Origin: Octopus vulgaris
Lineage: Eukaryota
Direction of reading: 5' to 3'
Length of the DNA: 64,000 nucleotides
Assembly: GCA_951406725.2 (NCBI GenBank)
Contig: OX597818.1
Location: forward strand, 62,744,001 to 62,808,000
Part shown: positions 26,565 to 38,522 of the stretch, piece after piece
Position numbering within the stretch: position 1 is the stretch's first letter
Layout: each line of letters begins with the position of its first letter
Program-made: the position numbers and the translations under genes
The notes under the pieces: generated by a model
What the model was told of the DNA's origin: nothing
Seen by the model: only the letters and a program-made list of their open reading frames with translations
Database searches by the model: none

Positions 26565-26750
26565 ACCACTACCACCACCACCACCACCGCCGCCGCCGCC
26601 GCCATCACCCCCACCTCCTCCACCACCACCACCACCACCACCACCGCCGCCGCCGCCGCCACCACCACCACCACCACCACCAACCACAACAACTGCAACA
26701 ACCGCAATAACAACAAGGTCAACGACAACAGTAACAACACGAACAACGTC
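26565..26750. repeat. (CAC)n/(CGC)n/(CAA)n trinucleotide repeat tract
   Basis: Directly visible; explains the poly-G/poly-V ORFs. Confidence 0.95.
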
Positions 26751-28995
26751 AATCTAATGTGATAAGAGCCATTAAATTTTGTTCAGTGGATTATCTGAGA
26801 AACTAAATTTCCTTTCACAAACTACAACCTTCTATATGAGCAATAACCTAATTATTGTTCCATTGATAATGAAGTACATTAACCCAAAAAGCCAAAAGTA
26901 TTGTAGCTTATCGAAGAATTCCACTGTCTAAATTGCATCCGACCAGTCGTATGGAACATAATACAGAGAACCAAGAAAAGATTCGCCCCTTTTCTAATGT
27001 GACACGTTCCTTAGAGAATAACCTCTTACATCCCGTGACGCCTACATACAGTCATACAGACTCCTCAGTGGAGAGGTGTCTTGTCCGCGAACATTATATG
27101 ACACCACATGAATAACCGATAGATATGTTGCCAGTAAATCACTCTGTCTACACAACTTTATACACATTACGTATCATTAACTCAAATGAGATAAATGTAA
27201 AAGCACAATGGAGAAAAAATAGCAAGCCATTAAGAGAACTAGTTTTAAAACATCTAATGTCTTTCACTTGGAAACTATTTTCTATTTAGTTTATTCACTA
27301 ATGTTTCGTTTTCTTTGCTTTGCTCGCTTTCTGTCAGTTTATTATCAGACTGGAAAATACGCGCACACATATATTTAGATCTTAATTCTTTTGTTACATC
27401 GTTTGTGTATTGACCATAAAGCTGTCTAAGAAATTGGTTTAAGTGGTCTTAATTTTGTGAAATTTCAAATGTGATACGTAAATAAAATTTCATTTGAATA
27501 AATTTCCGGAAAGGATATAACTACGCCAGGATATTAAGATTGAAATATAATGGCGTTCAGCAGGAAATATAATATTGGCAAGAAGATATATAGTTTAACA
27601 CAACAGTCAATCAGAATACAAAAGGGTAAACGGTAGTAGTTTTATGGATAAGCAAGCGCAGATGTACAGTAAAATTGATAAAAAAAATAAAAATTTCCCT
27701 CGTGGGAAAAGGACTATCAGAAACACGGAAAGTATACATTTAGATAAGAGTCGAAGAATTGTTTGCAAAGCAGTCCATGGCTGGGAGATAAAAAGTCAGG
27801 GCGATAAAAAGTCAATCAATTATTCAATAGTGCAGCCATAAACATTGAAGTCCTCAAGGGAATAACTATTGATTCATCGGCGTAAATAAGAACAAATATC
27901 ATAAAGAGCCATAGATTTAAGAAAACTATAAAATAAGGTGAAAATGACCTCTTAAACTCTAAGATTAGAGCTGTATACAAAATATATTGGCTAGAAAAAA
28001 AATGAATCAGTTATAGTAAGTGGGTTAATTAAAATTGGGAAATGAATCGAAGTAGATGCTAAATGAATCCCAGGTGTCACATAATTCGCTCATTTATTTA
28101 AAAGATTGTAGGAAGAATATTATAAAACTGGGAATAAGAAATATGGTTTCAAAACTTGAAACAACACACCTCTACAATACAATCAGATACGGAGAATCGT
28201 TAAAATATATCTGAAACTATTTTACACTTGGTTATCTATTACTAGACAGCTTCCGACTTGAAACCGCAGATTTTAGCATGATTTAATAGGTAAAATATAT
28301 GCTTGAACCAAAGAAGATGATACAGAAATTTTTCGAAATCCATTGCAAATGTCAAGAGGATCCATTATTCTTTTGTTCTGGTATGAGTTGAAGCAGACTT
28401 CGTATAATTAAACCACTTACGATATTTTTCTTTAATGTGACCACTAACTTTGTGTGATAACAAAATGTGGGCAATTCTTTACTGGAAATATTGCTATGAA
28501 TTCGATAACCTCATGCAGCGAAACATTATACCTTATCGTGTGTATGTCAGCTTACGCAAGAACATCTATCTTAAAGTTATACCCAAGAGGAAAGCGTATT
28601 TTGTACTGGCACAATGGTTCCTAAGTGCATATGGAATCAAATTTTGTGAATTTAACATTATTTTTCATAATCATATTAGGAAAGCGAAAAGAACAATATA
28701 TAGTAAACTTATTCTCTAACTCATATTGATTCAAACATCAGTGAAATCTTTTCATAAATGGTTAGAAATGAAAACTTCAACCCACGTAATTATAAAGATA
28801 TACGAGTGTGTTAAATTGCATTGTATGGTACCACTTTCAGTACCATTGAATCGTACCACATTCAGTGATGTTGCGACAATTCTCGACCCCTAGAATGTAA
28901 ACAAAATTAACATTTCATTGTTGTATCTGGGTATTATAACAGTTTGACTTCATCTACAATCTTATATGATAGTACACAGCAAACATAGGTTCAGG

Positions 28996-29665
28996 GTAGC
29001 TGCTTGTCTAGATGGCGTTGCTCAACTCACTGTTCGAATATATAGTTTTCAAAGTGACACAGTCACTGATCTGAAAGTAGAAATATTATTATTTCTAAAT
29101 CTCTCAAAGAAAGAAATTCAGTAACAGCTCTTTAAAGTGAAGTTTGTTTGCCAACATAATGTGGCTGTCCTGAAAGTGACGATGTTACTGTGTTGATAAG
29201 ATATAATAATCCAGAAACTAGTCCACTGATTTGTTTTGCGCTGGATGGGAGTGCCGGACTCCCTGTTCGAAAATATAAGGACACAGATATTGTGTCGTAT
29301 AGCCAGCTACAAACGATGTTTCCAGGGGCTAAAACAACAGTCTCGTTGTCCCTTCCTGGGCAGGCACATTGGCAAATAGCCTTCACTTTAAAGAACTGTT
29401 ACTGAATTTCTCTCTTTGAGAGATTTAGAAATACTATTTCTATTTTTAGATCATTGACTGTGTGTCACTTTCAAAACTATAAATTCGATCGGTGAGTTGA
29501 GCAACGCAATCTAGCCAAGCAGCTACTGTGTGTTGATAAAGTGCAATAACTCAGAAACTAGTCCACGGATGTTGTTTTGTGCTGGACGGTAGTACTGGAT
29601 TCCCTGTTCAAAAAAAAAAACGGTCACAGATATTGTGTCGTATAGCCTGCTAGAAAAGATGGGTT
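28996..29665 (+). mobile_element. Penelope/retrozyme-like element: inverted copy plus ~1.4 tandem units bounded by two degenerate hammerheads
   Basis: Inverted arms 28996-29175 / 29352-29526; direct repeats 29186-29318 / 29524-29661; each direct repeat begins (c)tgtg-ttgataa...a-GAAA-CTAG-TC-cac. Confidence 0.78.
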
Positions 29666-30371
29666 GAAGCATAAGATATATCTTGGTCTGTGTTGTCTAG
29701 ATTTATTTATATTTGTTTGAAAGTAACGTATGCTGTTCTTGAAATTGAACTTTTCTAATGCAGAATTATAATATGGAGCAGCTTTCTCAAAAGTGCCTTT
29801 GTCGACAGATAAATTGAAGCTAAGCTAGCTAATGTTGTTAACCATCTGTTTACTTACAGCTGGAGGGCGTTTGGAACTTATATCTACGTACGAGGCTTCC
29901 ACATTTTGTTTGTGGTTGGGTTTAAATTTTCCTGTGTTAAGATTCATGTTCATGACTAGGAAGTTGATATCTTTAAGGTTTGCACAAATTGTGGTTCTTA
30001 GGCCCAATTGGCTAAATATTTTGTATATTTCCCCTTATTCTATCCATATCATGTCAGTTTTTATTGTGTACTATTCCCAGGCCATCGTCTCTGTAGAAAC
30101 CTGTTAGCTTCTTTTATTCTCTTTTTTAGGGCACCTAGGATATAAAGGCTTACAAGGTCAGCTATATCTACAGCGTCATAGCTCCCCAAGTAACTTATCT
30201 CCCTTGAAAGAGTACTGACTTCCTTCTGTTCATAATGATGTCTGTATCGGTATTTGTTATAGTGACATGTTTTGTTAAATTGAAGTGCCTTCTGAAACAA
30301 TGTGTGTGTGTGTGTGCATTTATATCTGAATACCCTTTTATCTCTCTCTCTCTGTCTCTATATATCTATTT

Positions 30372-30402
30372 ATGTATGTATGTATGTATGTATGTATGTA
30401 TG

Positions 30403-30471
<69 letters not shown>
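30372..30471. repeat. (TATG)n(TATC)n microsatellite
   Basis: Directly visible. Confidence 0.97.
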
Positions 30472-30616
30472 GTGCTCGCAATATATCGGATTCAGCTGTG
30501 CATCGTTAACCAGCAACACATGTCCTCTTGGGGTTAAAAAGTCGCAGTAAAGTCCAATCAAACGGAGGTTACAAATAGGTTACGAACATTATTTCTCTGT
30601 CAATATTTACAAAATT

Positions 30617-30749
30617 ATAATTTAGGGTATATAAAAGATACCACCACGCTTGAAATAGCAACCAAAACCTGACTCCAAAACCACATTTAAGAGTCCAGTT
30701 TTGGCTGCTATTTCAAGCGTGGTGGTATCTCTTAGATACCCTAAATTAT
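30617..30749. repeat. Near-perfect hairpin (59-bp arms, 15-nt spacer)
   Basis: ataatttagggtat...agataccaccacgcttgaaatagca.ccaaaac..gactc, with its reverse complement at 30691-30749. Confidence 0.92.
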
Positions 30750-30859
30750 TACTTTAATAATAATTATTACCTTTGGGTTTTTATTTCCATGCCGGCCTCT
30801 TGATAAGTTCGATATTTAGATAACTATCTTATCTTTATTTATATCAATATTTATATTTA

Positions 30860-31005
30860 TATTTGCATTAATAATTGTATCGTACATCTTAGAAATGTGC
30901 TGGTGTTTGATGTTATATTTTTGCCTGTTTTTTTTAATGTCAATGGTGAGGCTTTCAATGAAGAATTCTCGTGTGTTGAAGATGTATCTTCCTAACTTCT
31001 GTGTT
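30860..31005 (-). mobile_element. Possible Penelope-like endonuclease C-terminal remnant
   Basis: ORF 30816-31010 reads TREFFIESLTI...ISKMYDTII, resembling the R.F.ES..I...N...I...Y end of GIY-YIG domains in Penelope ORFs. Confidence 0.35.
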
Positions 31006-32054
31006 ATCATTTAAATTCGTTTGGAATCAGGAAGTGAGTACGAATGGTATATTAAGTCAGTGTCTGTTTCTGGGTATAGAGACGGTTACATCAGAGAATC
31101 CGTATAATCGTTACAGATTAGACAGCTCAACTGACTTGTGGTTCTTCGTAGAATCAATTTTTTTCCCCAAATCACTTCATACTTATAAGTTATGATCTTA
31201 TCCTCTTATTCCTTATCTGTAATTCGGAGGATTAAATCTTAATTATTCGACTTAATAATTATGAATAAATTAAACAATTAATTATTTGAGGATTATACTA
31301 GGATTGTTAAAATAATAGAGACGCATAATTAAACCGTGTGGTTTTAGATAAGACAACCACAATAAAAGCCAGACTAAATTTGCCAATAAACGCTATAATC
31401 AACTAATTTAAGATGAATAAATATTTACTAATGCAGAGATTGAACCTGCGATGTGATTCTAGCTTTTCTTTATTATTTTTCACAACAATACAACAATTGT
31501 ATGTTTATTAAAAAAAAGGTCTACTTAACATTTGAAAGAAATATTCATATGTATTTATTCCCGAATGTATTTCTGAAACATAAACTCAGATAAGATCAAT
31601 TTCTTTTAGCTCGACAGCCGAACATATACGTACGACAGGTGAACAGACTAAATTAGTTTATATATTTTGTACATAGACAAAATTTTAAATAAATAACTTT
31701 ATAAAATAGATAGAAAAAAATTCGGTATAGTTATATTTCTTCCCTATTCTCTTGAGATACAAGTAATTTTAATTTCTTTCTTTTTTTTAGGTAATATAAG
31801 CATAATTCCTTCCGCCGGGGCCAAACAAAATTGAGGCTACACCAGTACATTCTAGTTATTCATTCTGTTTTAAAAAAGAATATGACATATTGTTTACTAA
31901 ATAAAACGAGAAAGTAAAAATATATTCTATTAATGAAAACATAGATATGAATTTTTGTGTCTGGTTTAGAAATTTCCTATTGACTTCAGTCATATTCCGC
32001 AAATCAAATTGATTCTATTCACATAGCTGTGACGAATATAGTGTATAGATATCG

Positions 32055-32270
32055 GTTTCGAAATTTTGACATAGGGCCAGCAATTTGGGGCAAAGGGTCA
32101 AGTAGATAACATCGAACCCCTATAATCAACAGGTACTTATTTTATCAACTCCGAAAGGATAAAAAGCAGAGCCGACTTAGGTAGCATTTGATCTCAGAAT
32201 GTAAAGACGGATGAAATGCCACTAAGCATTTTGTTCGGCGTATCAAAGATTTTGCCTGTTCGCTGCCTTA
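32055..32270 (-). mobile_element. Degraded SINE family B copy
   Basis: ggtacttattttatc.actccgaaaggat.aaa.gca.ag.cgac...gaaatgccactaagcattt matches the reverse complement of the family B consensus. Confidence 0.7.
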
Positions 32271-32836
32271 TAAGGCATAAATATTTCTTTCAAATTTTTG
32301 CACAAAGCCAGCAATTTCTGAGGAGGGGCAAGTTGGTTTCATTAATCCCAATACACAGCTGGCCCTTTTTTTATGACCAAATGATGATAAGCGAAGTCAG
32401 TTTCGGTGAAATATCAGATCTAAATCAACATAAAGAAACATGGGGATTTGATTCGGGATTGTATTCATTTCCCTTTTATTAAAATACGTTTTAACCAGAG
32501 TCTTTATGTATCTTATACTGACATATCCATTTCCCGTTTCCTGAGATTCCCTGATGAAGCTCTGAATAGAAGTTATCTCTACATAAAAATGCAGGCAGAA
32601 AAATATGTTAATGATAACTTATTTGAGAATATTGGAATGCGAGACATATTGTCTGTTGACTTCTACGTAATCCGTGATTCAGTAATTCGGTGCATATATA
32701 CGATTTCACTGGCTTGAAGTCATTGAAACCCACACCTCTCCTTGGACAGGGTACCAATCTATATGGGGTTATTCATCTGCAAGGTTGAACTAATATATTA
32801 TAACGTACTGAACTACCTTATAAGGTTATCGCTCTG

Positions 32837-33130
32837 GGATATTTTTACTTTGACCGGCAGATTTAAAAAATAATTTCTTTGTAATTAAACACGTTTAAAC
32901 TTCATATACTGGTAGAATGTATTACATAAAACATCTTTTTCGCTTGGCTTTCTTGAGAAAATTCTGTAGTTTGTAAGCTATTTGTTGTTAAATTTCTTGC
33001 ATTTTGGCAATTTCAACTAATCAATGACGTCTATTTAGGTGAATATAATTTCTACCAGTATACGAAGTTTAAAAGTGTTTAGTTACAAAGAAATTATTTT
33101 TTAAATCTGCCGGTCAAAGCGAAAAGATCC
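32837..33130. mobile_element. MITE with GG...CC termini and 8-bp TSD (Merlin-like, inferred)
   Basis: TSD tcgctctg at 32829-32836 and 33131-33138; ~80-bp inverted termini; related to 49323-49754. Confidence 0.9.
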
Positions 33131-35382
33131 TCGCTCTGACTTTATTAATTGCAATAGACGACAATTGCTGTCGAAGTTTATAAAAAGTGATTTGAACCAT
33201 TCACGATTACCTTATGTTTAATACCAACATTACGCAACTCTCTGATGAAAGTCAGTCCTTTTTGGGGGTATGTCGAATTACGGTATATAATATATTGTAC
33301 GTTAGTTGATTTGTTAGGGTGTGAGGTAATTGAGATTCACCTGTTATGATTAAAAATCCAAGCAACCGAATCTGATAAGACACCATTACTGGCTGACCCG
33401 CTTTTGAGTCGCAGCTGAAAAGTAACGAACTGTTGACGTCTCAGCAATTCGGACATTGTCGGATATCTTCGTCAAAATTCATGTTTCAGCAATCAGTACT
33501 GACAATATTTAATAATTCCGTATTGTTCTCTGAGATCGGAAGTACGTTTTTTTAACGTGTAGTTATGGTGTCTATGTATAAAAGTGATTACTTTAGACAA
33601 AGGAAAGTGATTAGTTTATACAAAGAAGTTGAACAGCTTTATGGAACATCTCTACAATGTGATCTGATAGAAATCGTTGCTATATTATGTATACATTCAT
33701 AAAGATGATAGCTACAGAAAGCATTGAACAGATATACACTGCATATTTCTATATTTAACAATTCAGCTAAGAATGTCGGAATAGATGTTGATAAAACTAC
33801 TGGAAGGAAGCCAGATTTAATATTAGATTACACCTAAGTTTAACTTGACTAAACTGTTCCATGAAATTGATATTGCTGCGAAACAAGCGGCGCTAGCGAT
33901 AATATAAGTATTAGGTCACTAAGACCTCCAACCAGAATACAATAAAATGTGTGATTGAGCAAAAATCTTGTATTGCAACGAAATGGAAACTATTATTTTC
34001 GGAAATAAATATTCGACACTGGAAGATAATACATTCTCTGCTACTTTCCTCTCGATTTGATATGGAAGAAATCTTAAACTATGGAAGGTAAGTAGCAGGT
34101 CAGTCACAATGAATGTTTATCGCATTGGCACCAAGCCACAGATAGACAAAAGGTGTGGTACAGCCAGTGGAATCTGTACAATATTTTATCAAATATATGG
34201 TGATGAAAAGCCGTGTTATGTTAATCCAACAGAATTAAATTTCAGCTTAAAACTATTTTGAGGTAAATAATCCATTTTTCTTTTAAAATGCAAAGAAATT
34301 CAGCAATTATTCCTATCGTCTATTCATCATAAGCAGTCACTCCAAGATTCATCCGTTTTGTTTCTTTCCCCGCAAAACACTTTTTCATATATGTCAATGA
34401 TCTCCTTTTCGCAACGACAGCCACTCTTACGCAGCTGATATCACCCAGTAAATTTCTGAAACCCTCTTCATTGAAACCTCGTCAACAAACAAAACATCTC
34501 AGAACAAACCTGCATTGATTCCACGAATAGAAACCTCGATTTCTTCTCTTGTAGTTATGTTATTGCTGTTTCTTTCAAAACAAAATTAAAAAAAAACATA
34601 TAGGCATTGCTATTATAAAAACAACATTAAATAGATCATATACTGTTCTAAATTGCTCGTGATCGATTCCACTCCTAGGCATACTTCATACCTAGAATTT
34701 CTTGTAGCGGGTGCACATTCTTCATCTGGCTTTTCAATATCAGGAAATCATTAATTAAAGATACTGGTATAGAGTAAAACAGAAATGAAAAGGCAAACCA
34801 TTTGAAAAAACCTTGACAATTGCATTTAACTTAGATATATAATAAAAGTTATAGACAGATATTTTTTTTAATTAGCTAAATTAGAACTCTTTGTCAAGTC
34901 TTGGCAAACCGTTTTCCTTTCCATTTCTGTTTTAATCTATACCTGTCTGCTTATGGGAAGCCAATTCGAAATGCTCTTCAAAGGCAGTCACAAAATCACA
35001 TGCTAAGGTCCAGTTCAAACTGAGATTTTAGGGTCATACCGAATTGAGCACTCAGAATATATATCTATTAGATTGAGCCACCCTGATGAAAACTACTCGT
35101 GTCATATATAAAAGATACTGATCCTAACAAAGAGTTACACACAAAGACCATGTGCCATAATGTCAATGGATGTAACAGAACAAACGGTGGATTTTGCGTT
35201 GTATAGCGTAGTGCCTTTTTCAATTGTATTTATATAAAATGTTTCACGTGCAGTTCACAGGACGTTTTATCATTACAGCTACTTTGGATAATAGATAACT
35301 AGATGTTAGGCCATGCATGTTATAGGGTGAATACCAACATTAGCGAATATTGCGGATGTAACGAGTAGCACCGGCCTATCAT

Positions 35383-35759
35383 GGAATGGAAGCACTCCGT
35401 CGGTTACGACGACGAGGGTTCCGGTTGATCCGATCAACGGAACAGCCTGCTCGTGAAATTAACGTGTAAGTGGCTGAGCACTCCACAGACACGTGTACCT
35501 CGGGGATATTCAGCGTGATACAGAGAGTGACAAGGCCGGCCCTTTGAAATACAGGTACAACAGAAACAGGAAGTAAGAGTGAGAGAAAGTTGTGGTGAAA
35601 AAGTACAGCAGGGATCACCACCATCCCCTGCCGGAGCCTCGTGGAACTTTTAGGTGTTTTCGCTCAATAAACACTCATAACGCCCGGTCTGGGAATCGAA
35701 ACCGCGATCCTACGACCGCGAGTCCGCTGCCCTAACCACTGGGCCATTGCGTCTCCACG
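35383..35759 (-). mobile_element. SINE family C, full-length, 11-bp TSD
   Basis: Minus head gtggagacgcaatggcccagtggttagggcagcggactcgcgg; (TCCAT)-like tail; TSD cggcctatcat at 35372-35382 and 35760-35770. Confidence 0.94.
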
Positions 35760-36584
35760 CGGCCTATCATAATGAGACAGGCGAACTACGACTATGCGTT
35801 TTGCCCGGCGTGCTGACGAGTCAACCAATTAACTTGGCTTCAAATTGTGGCCTAAGATCAGCAATTTTCAAGGATGAGCTAAGTCGATTACATGGACCTC
35901 AGTGCATAACTGGTACTTATTTAGTCAACCATGAAACGACCTCGGCCGAATTAAAGCTCAGAACGGAAAGGCGGATGAAATCCCGCAAAGTATTTCGCCC
36001 TGCGATCTAACCATTCTACCAGATAGCTACCTTCATATGTAGAAAGGTTACATTCTGTAAATAATAACCTAAATAATCCCTTGTCAAATACAGTTAAGAG
36101 GACTAAAATCGAAAGTTGCGTATCTTGTCGTGGAAAGGAAATAAGCGACAGGTATATATAATATTAATTCCACTTGTTTTGTTTTTTTCGGACATATTGA
36201 TGAAACATTCTTTGAAGAACATACTTTAAACTTTAGAGACTTCAGCTTCTAAGAATAGGAAATCCTTACAGTGAAATGTGATTTCCCTTCTCTTGCAAAA
36301 CCTGTTTTGGTTAGAACATCCACTGATTGTATTCGGTAAGAGCGAATCGCCAAGAGACTAACAGAACATGGAGCGGCATTATTCAAACAAAAACTGGCGT
36401 TGATTTATTTCAGTAACCTTACAAGATAGCACTTCCGTTTGGCTGCAGTCCAATGAGGGAAACAAAGATCACCCTCTCTTTCTCTCTCTTCTATCTATCT
36501 CTTCCTCTCTCACACAAACATACATTCATTCATACGCACACGCACAATGAGCTATAAAATAACCTAAAGCATGATTAACACCTG

Positions 36585-36624
<40 letters not shown>

Positions 36625-36629
36625 ATATC

Positions 36630-37250
36630 TCTGGCAACTGTTCTAAAAATAAGTTTGAAATCCTTGCATTTTCTTGTGTCTCTCAGTCCATTCTTTTGTT
36701 CGTTGTGGTATCTTTGTTTCTCTTGTATTGTTATGGCTTTCACGTTTTTCCAGCTCTTCTGTCCATTGTTTTTGACCAAACTTGTCCATAGCCATTCACC
36801 TGCTGCGCGTATTCCTTCCCATAATTCTTCAACATCTTTCGTCGATGTTTCCTCATTGATTACTCCTCTATATTCTAAAAAAAAAATCTCGATAAAAATC
36901 GTTTCATGCTGGAATCAAACTGTTTGATTTGTTCAAAGAATCGATCACGCTTTTCATATCTCTGGCCACTTTGCGATTTCGCAAGGATCTCTTCTTTCAG
37001 AAATTCTTTGATTTCAGATACTTCCTTTTTTTTTTTTGTCGTCTTTATATTTCTGAAGTATTTGTGACTCAGATTTTTTTCCCTTCGTCCGTTTTGTTTT
37101 GATATTGATTTCAAGATGGATTCAGAAATCAGTCCGCTTTTGTGTATTGTTTACTTATTTAGTTTTCTGGTGTTTTTTCCTTTTTTGTTTTTGGGATTTG
37201 AGAACCCTTGGTGAGTAAATCTCAAGGAGGAGCCACTTATCTTTTGAAAC
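36630..37250 (-). pseudogene. R4/Dong-like non-LTR ORF remnant (pre-RT region)
   Basis: Minus ORFs AKSQSGQRYEKRDRFFEQIKQFDSSMKRF and DVEELWEGI resemble the AK..R..RY..R..F.QN..F...K.FY / E.FW..IW region of R4-clade ORFs. Confidence 0.55.
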
Positions 37251-37274
37251 CACACTAATGTATATTCTGTGTAC

Positions 37275-37450
37275 TTGTTGTTGTTGTTGTTGTTGTTGTT
37301 CTTCTTCTTCTTCTTCTTCTTCTTCTTCTTCTTCTTCTTCTTCTTCTTCTTCTTCTTCTTCTTGTTCTTCTTGTTCTTCTTCTTCTTCTTCTTTTAATTA
37401 TTATTATTATTATTATTATCATCATTATTGTCATCACCGCCGTCATCATC
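37275..37450. repeat. (TTG)n(TTC)n(TTA)n(ATC)n compound tract
   Basis: Directly visible. Confidence 0.96.
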
Positions 37451-37454
37451 GTTA

Positions 37455-37683
37455 AGGCGGCGAGATGGCAGGGTTGTTAGTGCGTCGAGAAAATGCGTAA
37501 CAGTATTTTGCCCGTCGCTACGTTTTGGAAAATGCTACGTTCTGAGTTCAAATTCCGTCGAGGTCGACTTTGTTTTTCATGCTTTCGGCGTCGGTAAATT
37601 AAGTACCAGTTGTGTATTGGGGTCGATCAAACTGAATGGCGTCCTCCTCCCAAATTTCAGGCTTTGTGCCTATAGTAGAAAGG
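37455..37683 (+). mobile_element. SINE family B monomer with an alternative 3' end running into (TTA)n
   Basis: Family B head and core, then cccaaatttcaggctttgtgcctatagtagaaagg. Confidence 0.85.
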
Positions 37684-37758
37684 ATTATTATTATTATTGT
37701 TATTATTATTATTATTGTTATTATTATTGTTATTATTATTATTATTGTTATTATTATT

Positions 37759-37856
<98 letters not shown>
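37684..37856. repeat. (TTA)n/(ATC)n tract forming the SINE tail
   Basis: Directly visible. Confidence 0.96.
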
Positions 37857-38105
37857 CCAAGCGTGAACCATGCCTTTTGCATGGAAGTGCATCCATCGAT
37901 TTTATTTACAACTTAAACACCAACTATTGCCACCCGCTCACAGGCTGATTTCCGAGAAAATTCGAAAACATCTGTTCAGTGGGTCAAAGATCTAAATATT
38001 CCTCGTAGAAGCCGGTGAAGATCCACTGTATAGCGTTTTGTCTGAATTGTAGGATATGTCAAACGTGATCTGTGTAATTATTTTGAGTGTTGTATGTGTT
38101 TCGTT

Positions 38106-38522
38106 GGCGGCGAGCTGGCAGAAACGTTAGCACGCCGGGCGAAATGCGTTGCCGTAGTTCGTCTGCCGCTACGTTCTAAGTTCAAATTCCGCCGAGGTCG
38201 ACTTTGCCTTTCATCCTTTCGGGATCGATAGATTAAGTACCAGCTACGTACTGGAGTCGATATAATAGACTTAATCCGTTTATCTCTTCTTGTTTGTCTT
38301 CTCTGTGTTTAGTCCCTTGTGGGTAGTAAAGATACAGGTATTTCGTCTGCCTTTACTTTCTGAGTTCAAATTCCGCCGAGGTCGCTTTTGCCTTTCATTC
38401 TTTCGGGGTCGATAAATTAAGTACCAGTTACGCACTGGAGTCGATATAATCGACTTAATCCGTTTGTCTGTCCTTGTTTTTCCCTTCTGTGTTTAGTCCC
38501 TTGTGAGTAGTAAAGAAATAGG
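38106..38522 (+). mobile_element. SINE family B dimer with ~13-bp TSD
   Basis: Two core units joined at ~38338; tatgtgtttcgtt on both flanks. Confidence 0.93.

Noticed and set aside
26421-26752. Glycine-rich or poly-Ala/Val ORFs
   Set aside because: A trinucleotide repeat tract with no supporting coding context.
33919-34107. VAENVLSSSVEYLF resembling a hAT dimerisation motif
   Set aside because: Too short and degenerate; no TIRs or TSD found.
35690-35759. tRNA-Arg-like sequence on the minus strand (also SINE A and B heads)
   Set aside because: It is the head of a SINE with a body, tail and TSD; I cannot build a complete cloverleaf with a proper acceptor stem.
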